From: Eledone cirrhosa
Taxonomy: Eukaryota
DNA length: 64,000 bases
NCBI GenBank assembly: GCA_964016885.1
Contig: OZ024741.1
Coordinates: 302,746,001-302,810,000 of the forward strand
Direction: 5' to 3'
Every line of letters starts with the position of its first letter. Positions within the stretch are counted from its first letter, which is position 1. Under the pieces are notes generated by a model that saw nothing but the letters and a program-made list of their open reading frames with translations, had not been told where the DNA came from and did no database searches. Positions 15,961-29,953 of the stretch are shown one piece after another. The position numbers and the translations under genes are program-made.

Positions 15961-16050
15961 GGAAAAAATGAAACGAAATTTCATTTCTCACTCTTAGTAC
16001 GGCCGTACTAAGAGTGAGAAATGAAATTTCGTTTCATTTTTTCCATTTAT
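15955..16050. repeat. Perfect 96-bp palindrome centred on ACGGCCGT
   Basis: The arms are exact reverse complements with no loop. Confidence 0.95.
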
Positions 16051-16168
16051 CGTTTTCGGTGCGCCCGGCCGATTAACTCACTCGATATGCAAATTAGGCT
16101 GCTCAGCCGTTAATATGCATAAGGAAAGTATATACTTTCAGACGTTCAATCATCTGGCAGGAAGGTAT

Positions 16169-16211
16169 ACGGTGCTGACGATAGCTAATAAGCTTGAAAC
16201 TAGTACATCGT
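16169..16211 (+). ncRNA. Minimal type I hammerhead ribozyme, family B
   Basis: acggtg-CTGACGA-tagct aata agctt-GAAA-ctag-TA-catcgt; palindromic stem III ACTAGT; the element (16050-16415) has an inverted copy at 47200-47450. Confidence 0.85.
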
Positions 16212-16412
16212 TCCTTTGTCAGTGTTGAACAAAAGGGCCACGATGGTTGCTAAACACTGTACGGCTTAATTCGGGATGTTTGTTTACAAACAAACCGAGC
16301 ATTGTAATAAATGCTCGGTAAATCCATACGTACATATATATATGTGTGCATGTATATATATATATGCATACTACTGTACGTCTGTATACATATATGTATG
16401 TACGTATACATT

Positions 16413-16488
<76 letters not shown>

Positions 16489-16509
16489 ATAGTTACAAAA
16501 TAATACAAA

Positions 16510-16772
16510 TAGATTCTAACATAAACACAAGTATCATGCAAATGGCTGGGCATTCCACAGGCACGTATACCGTCAACACGATTTCCAGGGAAATTCAGTG
16601 TGACACTGTGTGACAAGGCTGGCCTTTTGAATTACAGGTCCAACTAATTTTTGTCAGTTAAGTAAGCTGGAACAACTAGGAATTGAGTGTTTTGCTTAAG
16701 GATACAATGCGCCTCCGGGAATCGAACTCAGGTTTGTAAGCTGGACACCTCAACCACTGAGCCACACACCTT
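16510..16772 (-). mobile_element. Second tRNA-derived SINE family
   Basis: gtgttttgcttaaggatacaatgcg..gggaatcgaactc; related copies at 13110-13222, 18035-18260, 19705-20070 and 54660-54810. Confidence 0.65.
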
Positions 16773-17478
16773 CACAGTGGTAGTGTATGTAATGAATTGA
16801 ATTCAAATACAATAAACTCTGTGTTTCTGTGTTTCTGTTTATCTGCTTATGTTTATCTGCATCTTTTGGTGTTAATAGATCTGGGTTAGAGAGAGAGAGA
16901 GAGGGGGGGGGGGCATGCAGGCAGACAGACAGACATACAAAGACAGGGACAGAGACAGGGAAGTGATTGTAACTGGGAAGAGATGGGTATAGAGAAGAGA
17001 CAATACAGAGAAGAGACAAAGAGAGAGAGGGAGGGATGGAGAGAAAGAGAGAGAGAGAGAGAGAGTGGGAGAGTGACAAATCAAGGGATGTGTATATAGT
17101 GTATGTGCTGTAGTCGTTGTCCCAGCACGGTTCTGATTGAGCAGATAAAAATATGTCCCAGAAATCAGCAGAGCATCTTGTGTAGGTGGAGATGTAAGCA
17201 TATGTACACAATGTTGTTTAGCCCAGATCAACTATGATTGAACAAACCCGATCAAAGGCATATCAGCAGACCTGTCAACTCTCTCCGCCCGACGGTGAGA
17301 TCTCACCCACTTTGGAGTGGGTGGGAGATGCCTTGTCTTGTGAAAATGGGTATAGTTTTCATTATGTAAAATCTCCCCATTTTGCCACATTTCTCCCCGT
17401 TTTGGGGCACTTTTTTTCATGGTATTCCTCGTTTGTGTTTTTAAAGGCTGGCAGGTCTGCATATCAACCGTCACTATA

Positions 17479-17826
17479 TTCTCAGGTCCCAAATAACGGG
17501 GTGGGATGGAATAAATAGAAGGGAGTAAATCGGTAGTTTTTCTAGGTTGTCTTCATTGATTAACTCCTCCCCCCAGAATTAGTAGTTTAGTTTACATGTT
17601 GAGACTCCAACCCATCCTATTTGTTTTATAACGTATGGGATTTCTTGTAAAGTACTTTTTTTCATGTATGTTTTTTAATGTATAAAGAAAATTAATTGTC
17701 GCAGATATGCTACCACTTAAAATAAAATTTTATCGGTGGTAGATTAGCAAAATTTGATAAGCGGTAGGTGGGGTGGAAAAAATCTGAAAAATTAATGGGT
17801 AGTGGCGATTATTCGAGACCTGAGAG
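17479..17826. mobile_element. MITE with TA target duplication
   Basis: TA|ttctcaggtcccaaataa ... ttattcgagacctgagag|TA; partial second copy at 27535-27740. Confidence 0.7.
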
Positions 17827-18831
17827 TACATTATACAAAGAGGTTTCTTCTTGTTTAGTGGTTAGAGTGTTGGGCTCTTGATCTTACGAGTGTCAATTGA
17901 ATCTCCCTGAGAATTACGTCAAGGGTGTCCATGTCTGTGGAATACTCACCATATGTACGTCACTGATTTTTGGTTACCAAACAAACTTTGTTTAACTGAT
18001 AAATCCAGGCAGCTTTTATGCTTCTTCTATACGTGAGAGGCGCCTGGCCTAGTGGTAAGTGTGTTGGACTTACGATCGTTATGTCGTGGGTTCTATTCTT
18101 GAGCAAAACACTTCATTCCACGTTGCTCCAGTATACTCAGCTGAAAATGCGTACCAGCAATAGCTGGGGTTTAACACTACGATGGACTGGCGTCCTGACC
18201 GATGGGGAGTCTTGAACTCTGAGTCGCTTCACGCCACGAAACTGGGATAAGTATGGGCTTGACAGACTTTAGACTTAGACTTGGAGACTTCAATACGTGC
18301 TGTATATGTGTGTTGATTTTTCGTTTGTATTTTTCTATTAATAAGATTTCTTTAGATAATATTCTACATTTCTTTTTTTCGTAGAAATCAATATGGGATG
18401 ATAAGGCTACTTTTACTTCGTGTTAAGCATTGTAACTACTCCATATTGTAAACGCAAAGACAACTGACCAAAAAGTGTCGAAATTGTGTGCTCAATGCAA
18501 CATTTTGAATCATGAAGTTTATAACGTTCATGTTTATATTGAAATTAGTATATAACATTGGTTATCTGAAGTACGTTCTGCGGTTTACAGTGGGTTAGTG
18601 TTAAAAAAAAAAATTATTTTAGTATTTTTGTAATATAATATTATTCTGATCAGGTAAAATCAAGGCGGTGAATTGACAGCCGTTAGGTATTTGTTCAGGC
18701 TCACTGCGCTCTGAGTGAATTCAAATCCCACCGAGGTCAACTTTGCTTTTCATCCTTTCAAGGCTGATAAAAAAGTACTAGTCTAGTACTGTGGTCGATC
18801 TTTCCTTACTGTCTTTTTCATTCCTCCTCCC

Positions 18832-19503
18832 TTCTGTCACCCCCTCTCTCTGTCACCCCTCTCTCTGCCATCCTCTTTCTCTGCCACCCTATCTCTCTGT
18901 CACCTTCTCTCTCTGTCACCCCTCTCTCTGCCACCCTATCTCTCTGTCACCTTCTCTCTCTGTTACCCCTCTCTCTGTCACCTTCTCTCTCTGTCACCCC
19001 TCTCTCTGCCACTCTATCTCTCTGTCACCTTCTCTCTCTGTTACCCCTCTCTCTGCCACCTTGTCTCTCTGTCGCCCTCTCTCTCTGCAACTCTATCTCT
19101 CTGCCACCTTCTCTCTCTGTCGCCCTCTCTCTCTGCCACCCTATCTCTCTGCCACCTTGTCTCTCTGTCGCCCTCTCTCTCTGCCACCCTATCTCTCTGT
19201 CACCTTCTTTCTCTGTTACCCCTCTCTCTGCCACCTTCTCTCTGTCGCCCTCTCTCTCTGCCACCCTATCTCTCTGTCACCTTCTCTCTCTGTTACCCCT
19301 CTCTCTGCCACCTTCTCTCTGTCGCCCTCTCTCTCTGCCACCCTATCTCTCTGCTACCTTATCTCTCTGTCGCCCTCTCTCTGCCACCCTATCTCTCTGT
19401 CACCTTCTTTCTCTGTCACCCCTCTTTCTGCCACCCTCTCTCTCTGCCACCCTATCTCTCTGTCACCTTCTTTCTCTGTTGCCCCTCCCTCTGTCACCCT
19501 CCC
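18832..19503. repeat. CT-rich minisatellite (15-17 bp units, ctctctctgycaccc-like) inside a SINE variant
   Basis: Lies between a SINE head (18660-18800) and its tail (19500-19585). Confidence 0.85.
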
Positions 19504-20369
19504 TCTTTCTCTGGAAGAATTCGGCTGTGACTGATCTGGAGAGGAATGAGCTCCGCCAGGTTTTAAAACGCCTAAAACACGTCGTAAAACATATAATATA
19601 CTACATGTGTGGTTTGTGTTATTTTCCTGTGAGTTGTATCTATTATATTTGTTGGGTGAATATGTGTTTGTATTGTTCTACAGCTTGATCTACCAACGTG
19701 TGGATGCAGCATGGTCAAATGGTTAAGTAGTTACTTCGCAATCATTTGGTCCTGAATTTGACCTCACTGTTTAGCATCTGGAGCATGTGTCATTTACTAT
19801 AGCCTCTGATCAACTCATGCTTTATGAGAGAAATTGAGTAGACGGAAGCTGTTTGGAAGTACATGCTACCACCGAATAGCATGTACTTGTTGTTCAGGCG
19901 CGGGGGAGTGAGTCTTGTCCCATACCGTATCATGCTAAATCTTCTTGAGATTTACGTTAAGGGTACACGTGTTTGTGGAATGCTTAACCACTTGCATGTT
20001 AATTGTATGATCGGGCTATTCCGCTGGCAGAACCGCTGGAACAATTTTCATCAAAACCGACGGATGCTGTTTCAAGAAGTGGGCGGCCACGGGTTAATAT
20101 TGACAAATATTAGACATTGTTGGGTTAGCAAAGTCGGTAGGGAGACATAAAATACATTGTGCTATTTGCGTCGTCTTGCTTCTTCAATTTAAATTCATTC
20201 CATCACAGTCAACATTGCTTTTCATCCTTCAAGGGTCGATAAAATAAAGTACCAGTAATGCACTGGAGTCGATTTAATCTACTTTCCTCATCTCTACAAA
20301 TTGCTGGCCTTGTGCCAAATGTAAAAACAATTATTATCACTATTATCATCTTTATCACCACTGTCTTCT

Positions 20370-21100
20370 TGATGATGATGACGATGATGATGATAATGAT
20401 GATGACGATGATGATGACGATGATGATGACGATGATGATGACGATGATGACGATGATGATGATGACGATGATGATGACGATGATCATCATCATCATCCTT
20501 ATAATACCCACAATCCGCCTTTACTATTCGTCTCTTCTTCTCCCATGTTTTCTTCTTTCTCTTTTCTCTTTCCTCTTCTCTTTCTCAACCACTTCTTTCA
20601 TTGTTGTAACTATCAGTGTCATCATCATTATCACCACCATCATCATCAAGGTCTCTGTCGTCGTTGTCGACGTCGTCCCCGTTGTCTTCCTCCTCCTGCA
20701 CCCCCCCCCCCTCATTAACATCGCCATCGACGTCGCTCAAATTTTTTTTTGTTTTTTCCTCTTTTTCTTTCAGCAATGTCGTTGTCCTGGTATCAACCTT
20801 GTCGTCATCGCCGTCGTTCTCATCCTTACCATCATCATAATAGTCGTCACCGACATCACCAACCTCATCCTCACCCTCATCATCGAAGTCGTAGTCGTTG
20901 TCATCATGATCATCATCATGATCATCATTATCATGACGATCATCATTATCATCATCAACATCATTATCATCATCATCGTCATCACCATCATCGACATCAT
21001 CATCCTCATCCTCCTCATCATCATCATCACCATCACCATCACCATCACCATCACCATCATCATCATCATCATCATCAACTTCGTCCTCATCCTTATCATC
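20370..21100. repeat. (GAT/GAC)n and (CAT)n low-complexity region
   Basis: Direct reading; source of the poly-M/I/H/D ORFs. Confidence 0.9.
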
Positions 21101-21481
21101 GTCACCCCGGCTTCGGTCACGGCACATCAGATCAGTCGGTATCGGGGTCTCAACACTGTTTGTTGGTTTTTCAGCGAAAAGTCAGCCGTTAAATGGTTGA
21201 GCTGCAATCGCTGAGGAATGAACGAACCATAAACCTATTTGCAGTGTGTCACAAGAGACCTCCAGTACCGTAGGAAAAGAAAAAAGAGAAACCACTGAGT
21301 TCGTCAATCCTTAACGAACATCACCGAGAGCAAGTGGTAAACATTAGCAACTAGATCTTCACCGTGTAAACGTTTCAACAGAAGCGCGTCCGGTTTCCCA
21401 TCGGAATCCATATGAAGAAAGAACGAACGAACGCAAAGGATACGTGGATATCAACACACACGTGCACACTCACACACACGT

Positions 21482-21614
<133 letters not shown>

Positions 21615-21853
21615 TTCACACATTCACGCACATATATCACACACAGACACGCACATGTCAACACACACACACCAAGTCACACACTATCACACACACATAA
21701 ATATATCTATATTATATATGTAAGCATACACACATACGTACATGCCTACATGCGCACATACATATACATACACACATACATACATACATACATACATACA
21801 TACATACATACATACAGCATGGCCGCGGTCTAATAATTGAAAACACGAAAAGA

Positions 21854-21959
<106 letters not shown>

Positions 21960-21967
21960 ATATATAT

Positions 21968-22124
<157 letters not shown>

Positions 22125-22144
22125 GTAAATATATACATATATAT

Positions 22145-22175
<31 letters not shown>

Positions 22176-22180
22176 AGTAA

Positions 22181-22237
<57 letters not shown>

Positions 22238-22263
22238 CATAAATGCACACACACACACACACG

Positions 22264-22323
<60 letters not shown>

Positions 22324-22560
22324 CACGTATATAGTGTTCTGTAAATGTGTATAGGCATGTGAGTATGTATGGATGTGTGTACATGTATATGTTTGTACAA
22401 AGACACATGTTACATTTCAATAGGGATTTATTGTTTTTCTCTTTATTTGTAGAAATAAGGGCTGGGGTGTGAGATATAGTAGATCCTGTAAAAATATCCT
22501 TTAATTTTTTACATATACAGATCTGGGGTTCCACTCAACCATTGCGAGTGACTTTACATG

Positions 22561-22593
<33 letters not shown>

Positions 22594-22719
22594 GAAGCGA
22601 AGAAGCTGAAACTTTGAAGTCGCTGCAATTTTTTTTATTCAGAAAAACTAAAATGTTTTACTTGCTCATTCAGCTCATCTTCGACCGTTTTAAGTACTAC
22701 GGTACTTTAAACACAAATT

Positions 22720-22801
<82 letters not shown>

Positions 22802-22993
22802 CTGTACACACATATATATATATAAATGTAATCTGAGTTTTTCGAATATTAATCACAATATTCGATTCGTTTGCAATTATGCAAACAGCCTCTTTTAAGC
22901 CATGTCAGTAGAATGAGCCCCTCATTCTAGCTTTTGTGTTGGCATGTATATGTATGTATACATATATATGTATGTATGTATGTATATATATAT

Positions 22994-23041
<48 letters not shown>

Positions 23042-23082
23042 AATTAAAAGTGAATAACCAATTTAGACTTATAACATAATTT

Positions 23083-23172
23083 TAGTCTACGTACGTTTAA
23101 ATGTATAACAGTTGGCAATACCTCAATATATATTGGGTATTAGTCTGCTGGTCTACATATCTTCAGGAATAC
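23083..23172 (-). ncRNA. Degenerate hammerhead motif with long stem II
   Basis: gtattc-CTGAAGA-tatgta..aatacc caatatatattg aggtatt..tacatt-TAAA (for GAAA)-cgtacg-TA-gactaa. Confidence 0.5.
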
Positions 23173-23507
23173 AATCTTGCCATTAGCATCAACATAAAAA
23201 CACGCAAAAAGTAACTTCATATTACGGATTAGACTCATATCATATTAAACAAAAACAGCATGCAAAGAGTGAGTATTCTTCTAACAAACGAATAGACACT
23301 GTTAATTAAAATTTTACGATACGAGTCATCATCAGGTATTGGAATGTTCTTAAGAGATGTATTCAGTTGATTCTTGGTTATCATCTTTCTAGGGGTACTT
23401 AACGACAACTCAATATATATTTAAAATGAAGAAAATGAAGAAAAACCAAGTTTAACAGCTTAAATCCATTCTTCAAATTTCTACATAGAAGTTTCTATGC
23501 ATTATAA

Positions 23508-23608
<101 letters not shown>

Positions 23609-24242
23609 CAGTGGTGGACTGGCCAGGTTGCTAAATGGCAAGTGGGCCCCAGGGGGCCCACGGTAGCATTGGAGGAGCCCACAGTAGCATTGCAGGGCCT
23701 ACTGTAGTATTTTAGGCCAATGCTTAGGTTTAAAAAAATACCTGAAGTCTAAGAGAAAGCAAGTTTATGGAACACCCAAATGATTTAGAAGTTGACCTTA
23801 AGTAGGAGCAATAACATTAAGAAAGACACGAATTTACCACATCATTTTGTTTTGAAAATTTTAAAAGTAGGTTTATAAGTATGAATTTTCTCCAGATTTT
23901 CGTAGTTGTCTCTGTGGCCTAGTGGTAAGTACTAGAGACAGTGGCGATCCTGGTCTTGCGTTCAATCCTGGTTGAAAGGTACATGTACTCTTTTTCAATT
24001 TTTATTCTATAGAAAATTTTTATTCCATAGAAAAAAAAACTTAAAAGTTTTACCAGAAGCCCTATTCCCGACCAGGATCACCACTGGCTATGACTTCTCC
24101 AACTAGGCCGCCTAGACAGCTACAAACGTATAATGAAAATTAATAATCATAAACCTACTTTCAAAATCAAAGTTTAAAAGATGTGTAGGCGGGCCCCCTT
24201 TATCTCATGGCAACCAATGTTTTTAGACCCAGTCCGCCACTA
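23609..24242. mobile_element. hAT-like MITE with an internal inverted repeat carrying tRNA-like boxes
   Basis: TIRs cagtggtggactgg / ccagtccgccacta; 20-bp subterminal repeats; internal inverted repeat 23840-24185. Confidence 0.7.
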
Positions 24243-24379
24243 CATATATATATATACAGAGGGTTCAGTGAGTCTGAAGAAAACTGGCGAGAATAGTGTG
24301 CGTGTGTGTGTGTGTGTAAATATTGGTATGCGAAGCTAGATATCGGTGATGATGATGATGATGATATATATATTATAAG

Positions 24380-25018
24380 CCCAAGCAGAGTGAAAAGCAA
24401 AGCTGACTCCTGCGAGATTTGAACTAAGAACATAACTGGGCGTAATTAAATGCTGACGATTCCGCCAAGCCACGGCAACACAACCAATAATTCTTTCAAA
24501 CATTGGCACAAACTCAGCAATTTGAATGAAGAGAAAATTCGTTATATCGATCTCAGTACTTAGTCGTACTTATATTTCATCGACCTCGGAAGGTTGAAAG
24601 ACAAAGTTGATCTCGGTGGGATTTGAACTCAGAACGTAGAAAGTCGTAATCAAATGTCACCAAACATTTTACCTGACACTCAACCGATTGTGCCAATCCA
24701 CCGCTCTAAATAATCTAAATAATTAGTCCTACTACAGGCACGAGACCAGAAATTTTTTTGGGGGGTGGGGTGGGGGTGGGGTGGAGGAGAAAGTCGATTA
24801 AATCGACGTCAGTGCATTACTGGTACTTTATTTTATCGACCTCGTAAGGATGAAAGGCAAAGCCAACCTCGGCAGGATTTGAACTCAGAACGTAAAGGTC
24901 CGTAAATCTATGCCGCGAAACAGGTGTCCGACGCTCTACCGATACTGCCAATCCAATGGTTTCTAATTTGGGCACAAGGCCTGAAATTTAGGATTAAGGA
25001 GAAAATCGATAATATCGA
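24380..25018 (-). mobile_element. Tandem cluster of SINE copies
   Basis: Three to four consecutive consensus matches. Confidence 0.75.
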
Positions 25019-25019
25019 T

Positions 25020-25620
25020 AAAGCGTTTGAAGGGGACACACAAGAAAGAGATTGGTCTGTATTTCTTTGGATCATCTACAGCATTGTTTGGTCTTGGAAG
25101 GGCAATGACAGTAGACTTTCGCCAGATATTCGGTTTGATTGATAAAGTTGCAAGAGTAGAAATCTCTTAGTCATTCCTGGCATCCTGTCCCGCAGTGTAT
25201 CAAGAATTCTGGGGGGATATTGTCGGTTCCTTGGGCCGTATAACTCTTGTGTTGACCTATTGCTGAGGCTAGTTTATGTTGTGAAAATGGAGCCGACAGA
25301 AATCCATCCAGACCTGGAGCTTACCACAAACTGGTGGTTTCTTGTTTCACAAAACGGGCGTTGTATTTGTCTGTATTCTTTAAACGATCGTTTGAAAGGG
25401 GTTGTTCAGCAATAGAGTTAGCCGATACAGGACATGTTGTAGATTTAGGACTTCTGCCAGGTAGGTGTTTTGTGTACCTTCCAGGCAATCCTGCTGGAGT
25501 GAAGTGGGTGAAATCTATCCCTTGAACCATTTCCTCCTAACGCTCTCCACTTTTCCTGTCGAATCAGTCGATCAGGTCTGATGCCTTTGTGGACGCACCT
25601 TCCCCATGTTCAGCGTGCAG
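25020..25620 (-). mobile_element. Vingi/Ingi-like LINE, inverted 5' segment
   Basis: EEMVQGIDFTH, AQGTDNIPPEFL and IWRKSTVIALPRPNNAVDDPKKYRPISFLCVPFKRF on the minus strand. Confidence 0.8.
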
Positions 25621-26527
25621 CTACTTCTTCTAGCTGGACTAGAATCTACAGTCGACCCACATCTGAGAGATGAAGAAGCAGGTTTTCGCCATGGCCAAAC
25701 ACAGCTTCAAAAAGGGTCACAAGGCTGACACTATCTTGGTCGATATCACTGCAGCCTATTATGACACTGTGTGGCACCAGGTCCAGAGCCGGACGTTTCT
25801 CCTGACTGTCACATGGTGCTGTTTATTTGCATCATCATAGCCAACTGAAGACCAACGATGGACAGACCAGCACCTCGAGTCATTACATGTAAATGTGTTC
25901 TTGAGGAACAGCCTTCTACGGCGCATGGCCGGCTTATTATAGGGCGCTCGCGTATCCACCCTACATACTAGTGCCATAGCCTTCATCTACAGTGCTGCGG
26001 AGTACTCCTCGCCTGCATGGCGCAGAGGCTTCCATACTAAGGAGATAGATATAGCACTAAACGACACCTTAAGTCTCATCACCGAATGTGTCCGTCCTAC
26101 ATCAATTGGTTATCTACCTACGCCACAGGCATTGTTCCTGAACCTCTTCGTAGAGGGCATCACACACATAGATTGGTAACCAATAGATCAACAGACCCAA
26201 GTCATTCGCCTCATGACATGGCTGAGGATTCTCAGCTACTGGACCAACATCATTTGACGTCATGCCACCCTTTCTCTCGTTACGCAGCAAAGCTGCGAGT
26301 TTCAGATTTCAACATGCTTCAGACAAGGAGAGCTAGCTGGCAACAGGCATCTCAATTTACCTAACTGAATGTTAACCCCAAAACAGTCCTTCCTCCAGGC
26401 GCTAACCTCTCTCCGAGAGAGTGGATGTCCCTGGATCGAATAAGCACAATTCAATGCAACCATGCACCACCGGAGGGCGCGTCCATCTGCAGCTTGCCGT
26501 TGTGGCTCGCCAGAGCAGACAGCTGAC
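25621..26527 (+). mobile_element. Vingi/Ingi-like LINE, 3' segment (internally deleted)
   Basis: LLAGLESTVDPHLRDEEAGFR, VDITAAYYDTVWH, GARVSTLHTSAIAFIYSAAEYSSPAW and AACRCGSPEQT. Confidence 0.8.
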
Positions 26528-27945
26528 CCCCCCCCCCCCATATATATATATATATATATACAAGTTAATATAAATTAATATATGATAAACACATACGTGT
26601 TTGTATTGTAAATGACCAAGTTAGCTAGAATGAAATAAACTAATTCAAATAAATATAGTTTGCCTGTCTCGATTTAAAATAATAAATCAATAAAAACAAA
26701 CCCATATTGGCAATAACCGTGATACCTGGACAAATTTAAATTTCAAAATCCAAACCTATATATATACATATACTAAGTAAGTGCCTGTATCTCCCACCTA
26801 TGGGTGTGGACCTCCCGCACTCTAATCCCACTATAGTGACCTGGTTGCAGCACCTAGGGGACGTCACGGGATTACTGTCTCATATGCTAGAAGAAGTACC
26901 ACATGGCATTTTGTCCGGTACTCTAGAAAACAACGAATAATGACATAAATGTGATCAAGAATGAACCTTAACAGTAAACCCACCTAAGATAAGAAGTCAC
27001 ATGTATTGGAAGATATTCACTTCTTCACTAAGTTTTGATGATATTGTAAATAAGATGAAAAGAGAGGCCAGCAGTCTAAGAAATATAATAAACAATTAAA
27101 TTACAAATTGTCGTTTTTATAAGCATTTCACTAGTATCCTTATTATGTGCTTTATATACAGAAATTGTGTAAGAAAAAAAAAGAAAATACACAAACACCA
27201 CTGACTGACAACTATGGGGACTCCTATCCCGAGATAGAAACACAAACCTAGGTTATAGGGGTCCTACAAATCATTCAAAGTAAACAAATTAGTAAGAAAA
27301 ACACGATTCAAAACTAGAATTATGTGTGATAGTGTGAACTGCACGAAAACAAATTGAATCCATAGGGAGCAGAAATACAGACGAAACAGTGAATGTATGG
27401 AGATAATTAAATAGATAAAATGAGACCATTCTAACTCACAAAAGATTACGAAAAGTCGAAGAAAAGACTTGTTAAAACAACGTTTCCCGCTTACTTGAAT
27501 AAATATTGATTTTTAACGTAAGCACAAGGCAACATACTGTCGGATCCCAAATAATGAGGTGTGTGTGTGTGAAAAATCGGTAACTTTTCTAGATTGCCTC
27601 CGATGATTTTTTTTTAAAAACCAAGAATTAGTCGTTTAGTTTACATATTGAGACCCCCAGCTTATCCTATTTATTTTATAACGTATGGGATATCAAGTAA
27701 TGTACTTTTTTTGTCATGTATATCATGTATAATCTATATACTACTAAAACTATGTGATTGTGTGCTTGTCTGTAATTTAATACAGCCAAAACGGCGCATA
27801 ATAGGGAAATACTTTGAAAAGAAGTTGTCCCTCAAATGGGAATACGAATGGAATAAAACAAGCTTTGCGTAAATCGGAGCACGGGTTCCTTCATAGAAGG
27901 AGAGAGAGAAAGAGATAGTGGTTGTGAGAGAGTAGATTGAAATAG

Positions 27946-27985
<40 letters not shown>

Positions 27986-28165
27986 GTTGGTATTGTTGAA
28001 TGAAATTGTATCAAGTGATTTCAAAGAATCGAATACAGCATTATTGTATCTAGCTCGAATTTGGTGACTGAATATTAAGTCATATGTATCATATAACTTG
28101 CGTTAGGACAGGATGTATTTAGCGAATATTTCCTGCTAAATAGGAAGGTTTTCTAAGTGTGTATG

Positions 28166-28198
<33 letters not shown>

Positions 28199-28734
28199 AT
28201 GTGTGTATATGTGTGTGTGTCTGTGACCAGTGTGTATAGGTCACAGACACCCATATATATATATATATACAAACTAAATTCGTTATCCCTATTCATTTTA
28301 ACGAGGTCAACTTTGCCTTTCATCCTTTCAAGGTCTATAAAATGTACCAGTCTAGTACTGGGGTCGATTCTTCCTCTATATCTTTTCTCACTTCTGTTCT
28401 CACTCTCTCTATCCTTCTCTGGAAGATTTCCTCTGTATCCAGACCTGGCGAGTTTTAAAATGCCATAGAAACGCCGTATGTCAATACGGTGCCCCCACAA
28501 CTCCCACAGGAGCTACGAGACCATGCATGCGTTCATTTTAAAGTGTATGAAAATAGGATTTGGGTGTGCTCAAATCCTTAACAAATACATTAACAGAGCA
28601 ATTGAAATGTACGTGTTTCGTAAATTCAGTTCACCGTGAGCATTACTACATTCACTGCGGTGCTTACCATAAACAAATACACAATACAGATCTATATACA
28701 TGTATATATATACACACACACACGTACAAAACCA

Positions 28735-29210
28735 CCAAAGATGCTATCAAAAATCTCAATTATGTCACATATCTGTGGAATACATTAGAGATGTGATCAA
28801 CAGCTGCTCCGCAATGTCATTAAGATATTACCTTCCTATGCGGCATGACGTTGTTGCTAAAACAATATACAATAACAACCGTAGAAAATACTGTCCTAGT
28901 AAAAATATATAATAATATATATTTTTGATATTGTGTATATTCATAGAGTCTAACATAAGTAATATTGATGGAACATTCCAATACAAACTTTCACTAAATA
29001 CAAACGCAGCAGGCCTTCATATAGTTGTTTGATACAGAAAACAAAACCATGTACTGTTATAGAGATCAGTTGCTCAGCCGATGAGAAGATTACGTTCAAA
29101 GTGACCGAGAAAAGAAAGATCTAGGAAATACTGGGTCGAAACCTAATACTTCTCTACTCAGATTATACATTTACAATTCTGCTCATAACTCATTGCATAT
29201 TAGTGTTTAA
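28735..29210 (+). mobile_element. RLE non-LTR retrotransposon fragment (zinc knuckle plus endonuclease, R4/Dong-like)
   Basis: QLCHISVEYIRDVINSCSAMSLRYYLPMRHDVVAK, then WNIPIQT..RP.IVV..CTVIEISCSAD. Confidence 0.65.
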
Positions 29211-29953
29211 TTATTAGTCAGAATAATCTGTTATCGAAATTTGAAGATTTGGGCGATTTGAAGAAACGTTATTTTAACACTGGACATAGAGTTATCTACT
29301 ATTACTTTGAAAATAGAGAAAAGATATTTGAAGAAATGTTATTTCATTACTGGACATACCATCACCCACTATCCAAAGTAACACTATTTTAAAAGTAGAT
29401 TGAAACGATTTAAAGAACGTTATTGAAATACTGGACATAGCGTTATCTAATGTTCCAATTAAAATAGAGTAAAGTGATTCCAGTGCCATGCTTACCTAGC
29501 TCCAGCTGACAGTAATGAAATGGGCCCCTATCCACTAGATTGTATGCTCCAACCAGAAACCTAGTCTGAATGCTTGCAAAAGAACAAACTTCACTAAAGT
29601 CCTCTAAGAACAAGCTGGTGATGTCAAACCGGGTAACGAACTAAGTCTACCATCTGAGTAGATCTCAGTGAGATTTGAATTCAGAACGCAAAGAGCCTGA
29701 ATAAATTACGTTCGACGTTCTAAAAATGAATCCACCAATCCATGGCCTTGACTGGTACTTTATTTAATCGCCCTCAAGACTATGAAAGGTAAAGTTGACA
29801 TCGGCCAGATTTGAACGCCGAGATCCAGAACAGATACAGCAAAGCAATGCTCTGATCACCCCTGTCAATCCACCGTGTAGGCTAATTCACAAATTCATAA
29901 ATATATATTAAGAAAAAAATATGGTGTATTCTATATAATGTAAGGGAATACAT

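Noticed and set aside
16087-16094. Octamer motif ATGCAAAT
   Set aside because: A single 8-mer inside a repeat element is expected by chance
26620-27280. Possible Penelope RT remnants (LP.LD and MGTP motifs)
   Set aside because: The motifs are too short and in the wrong order
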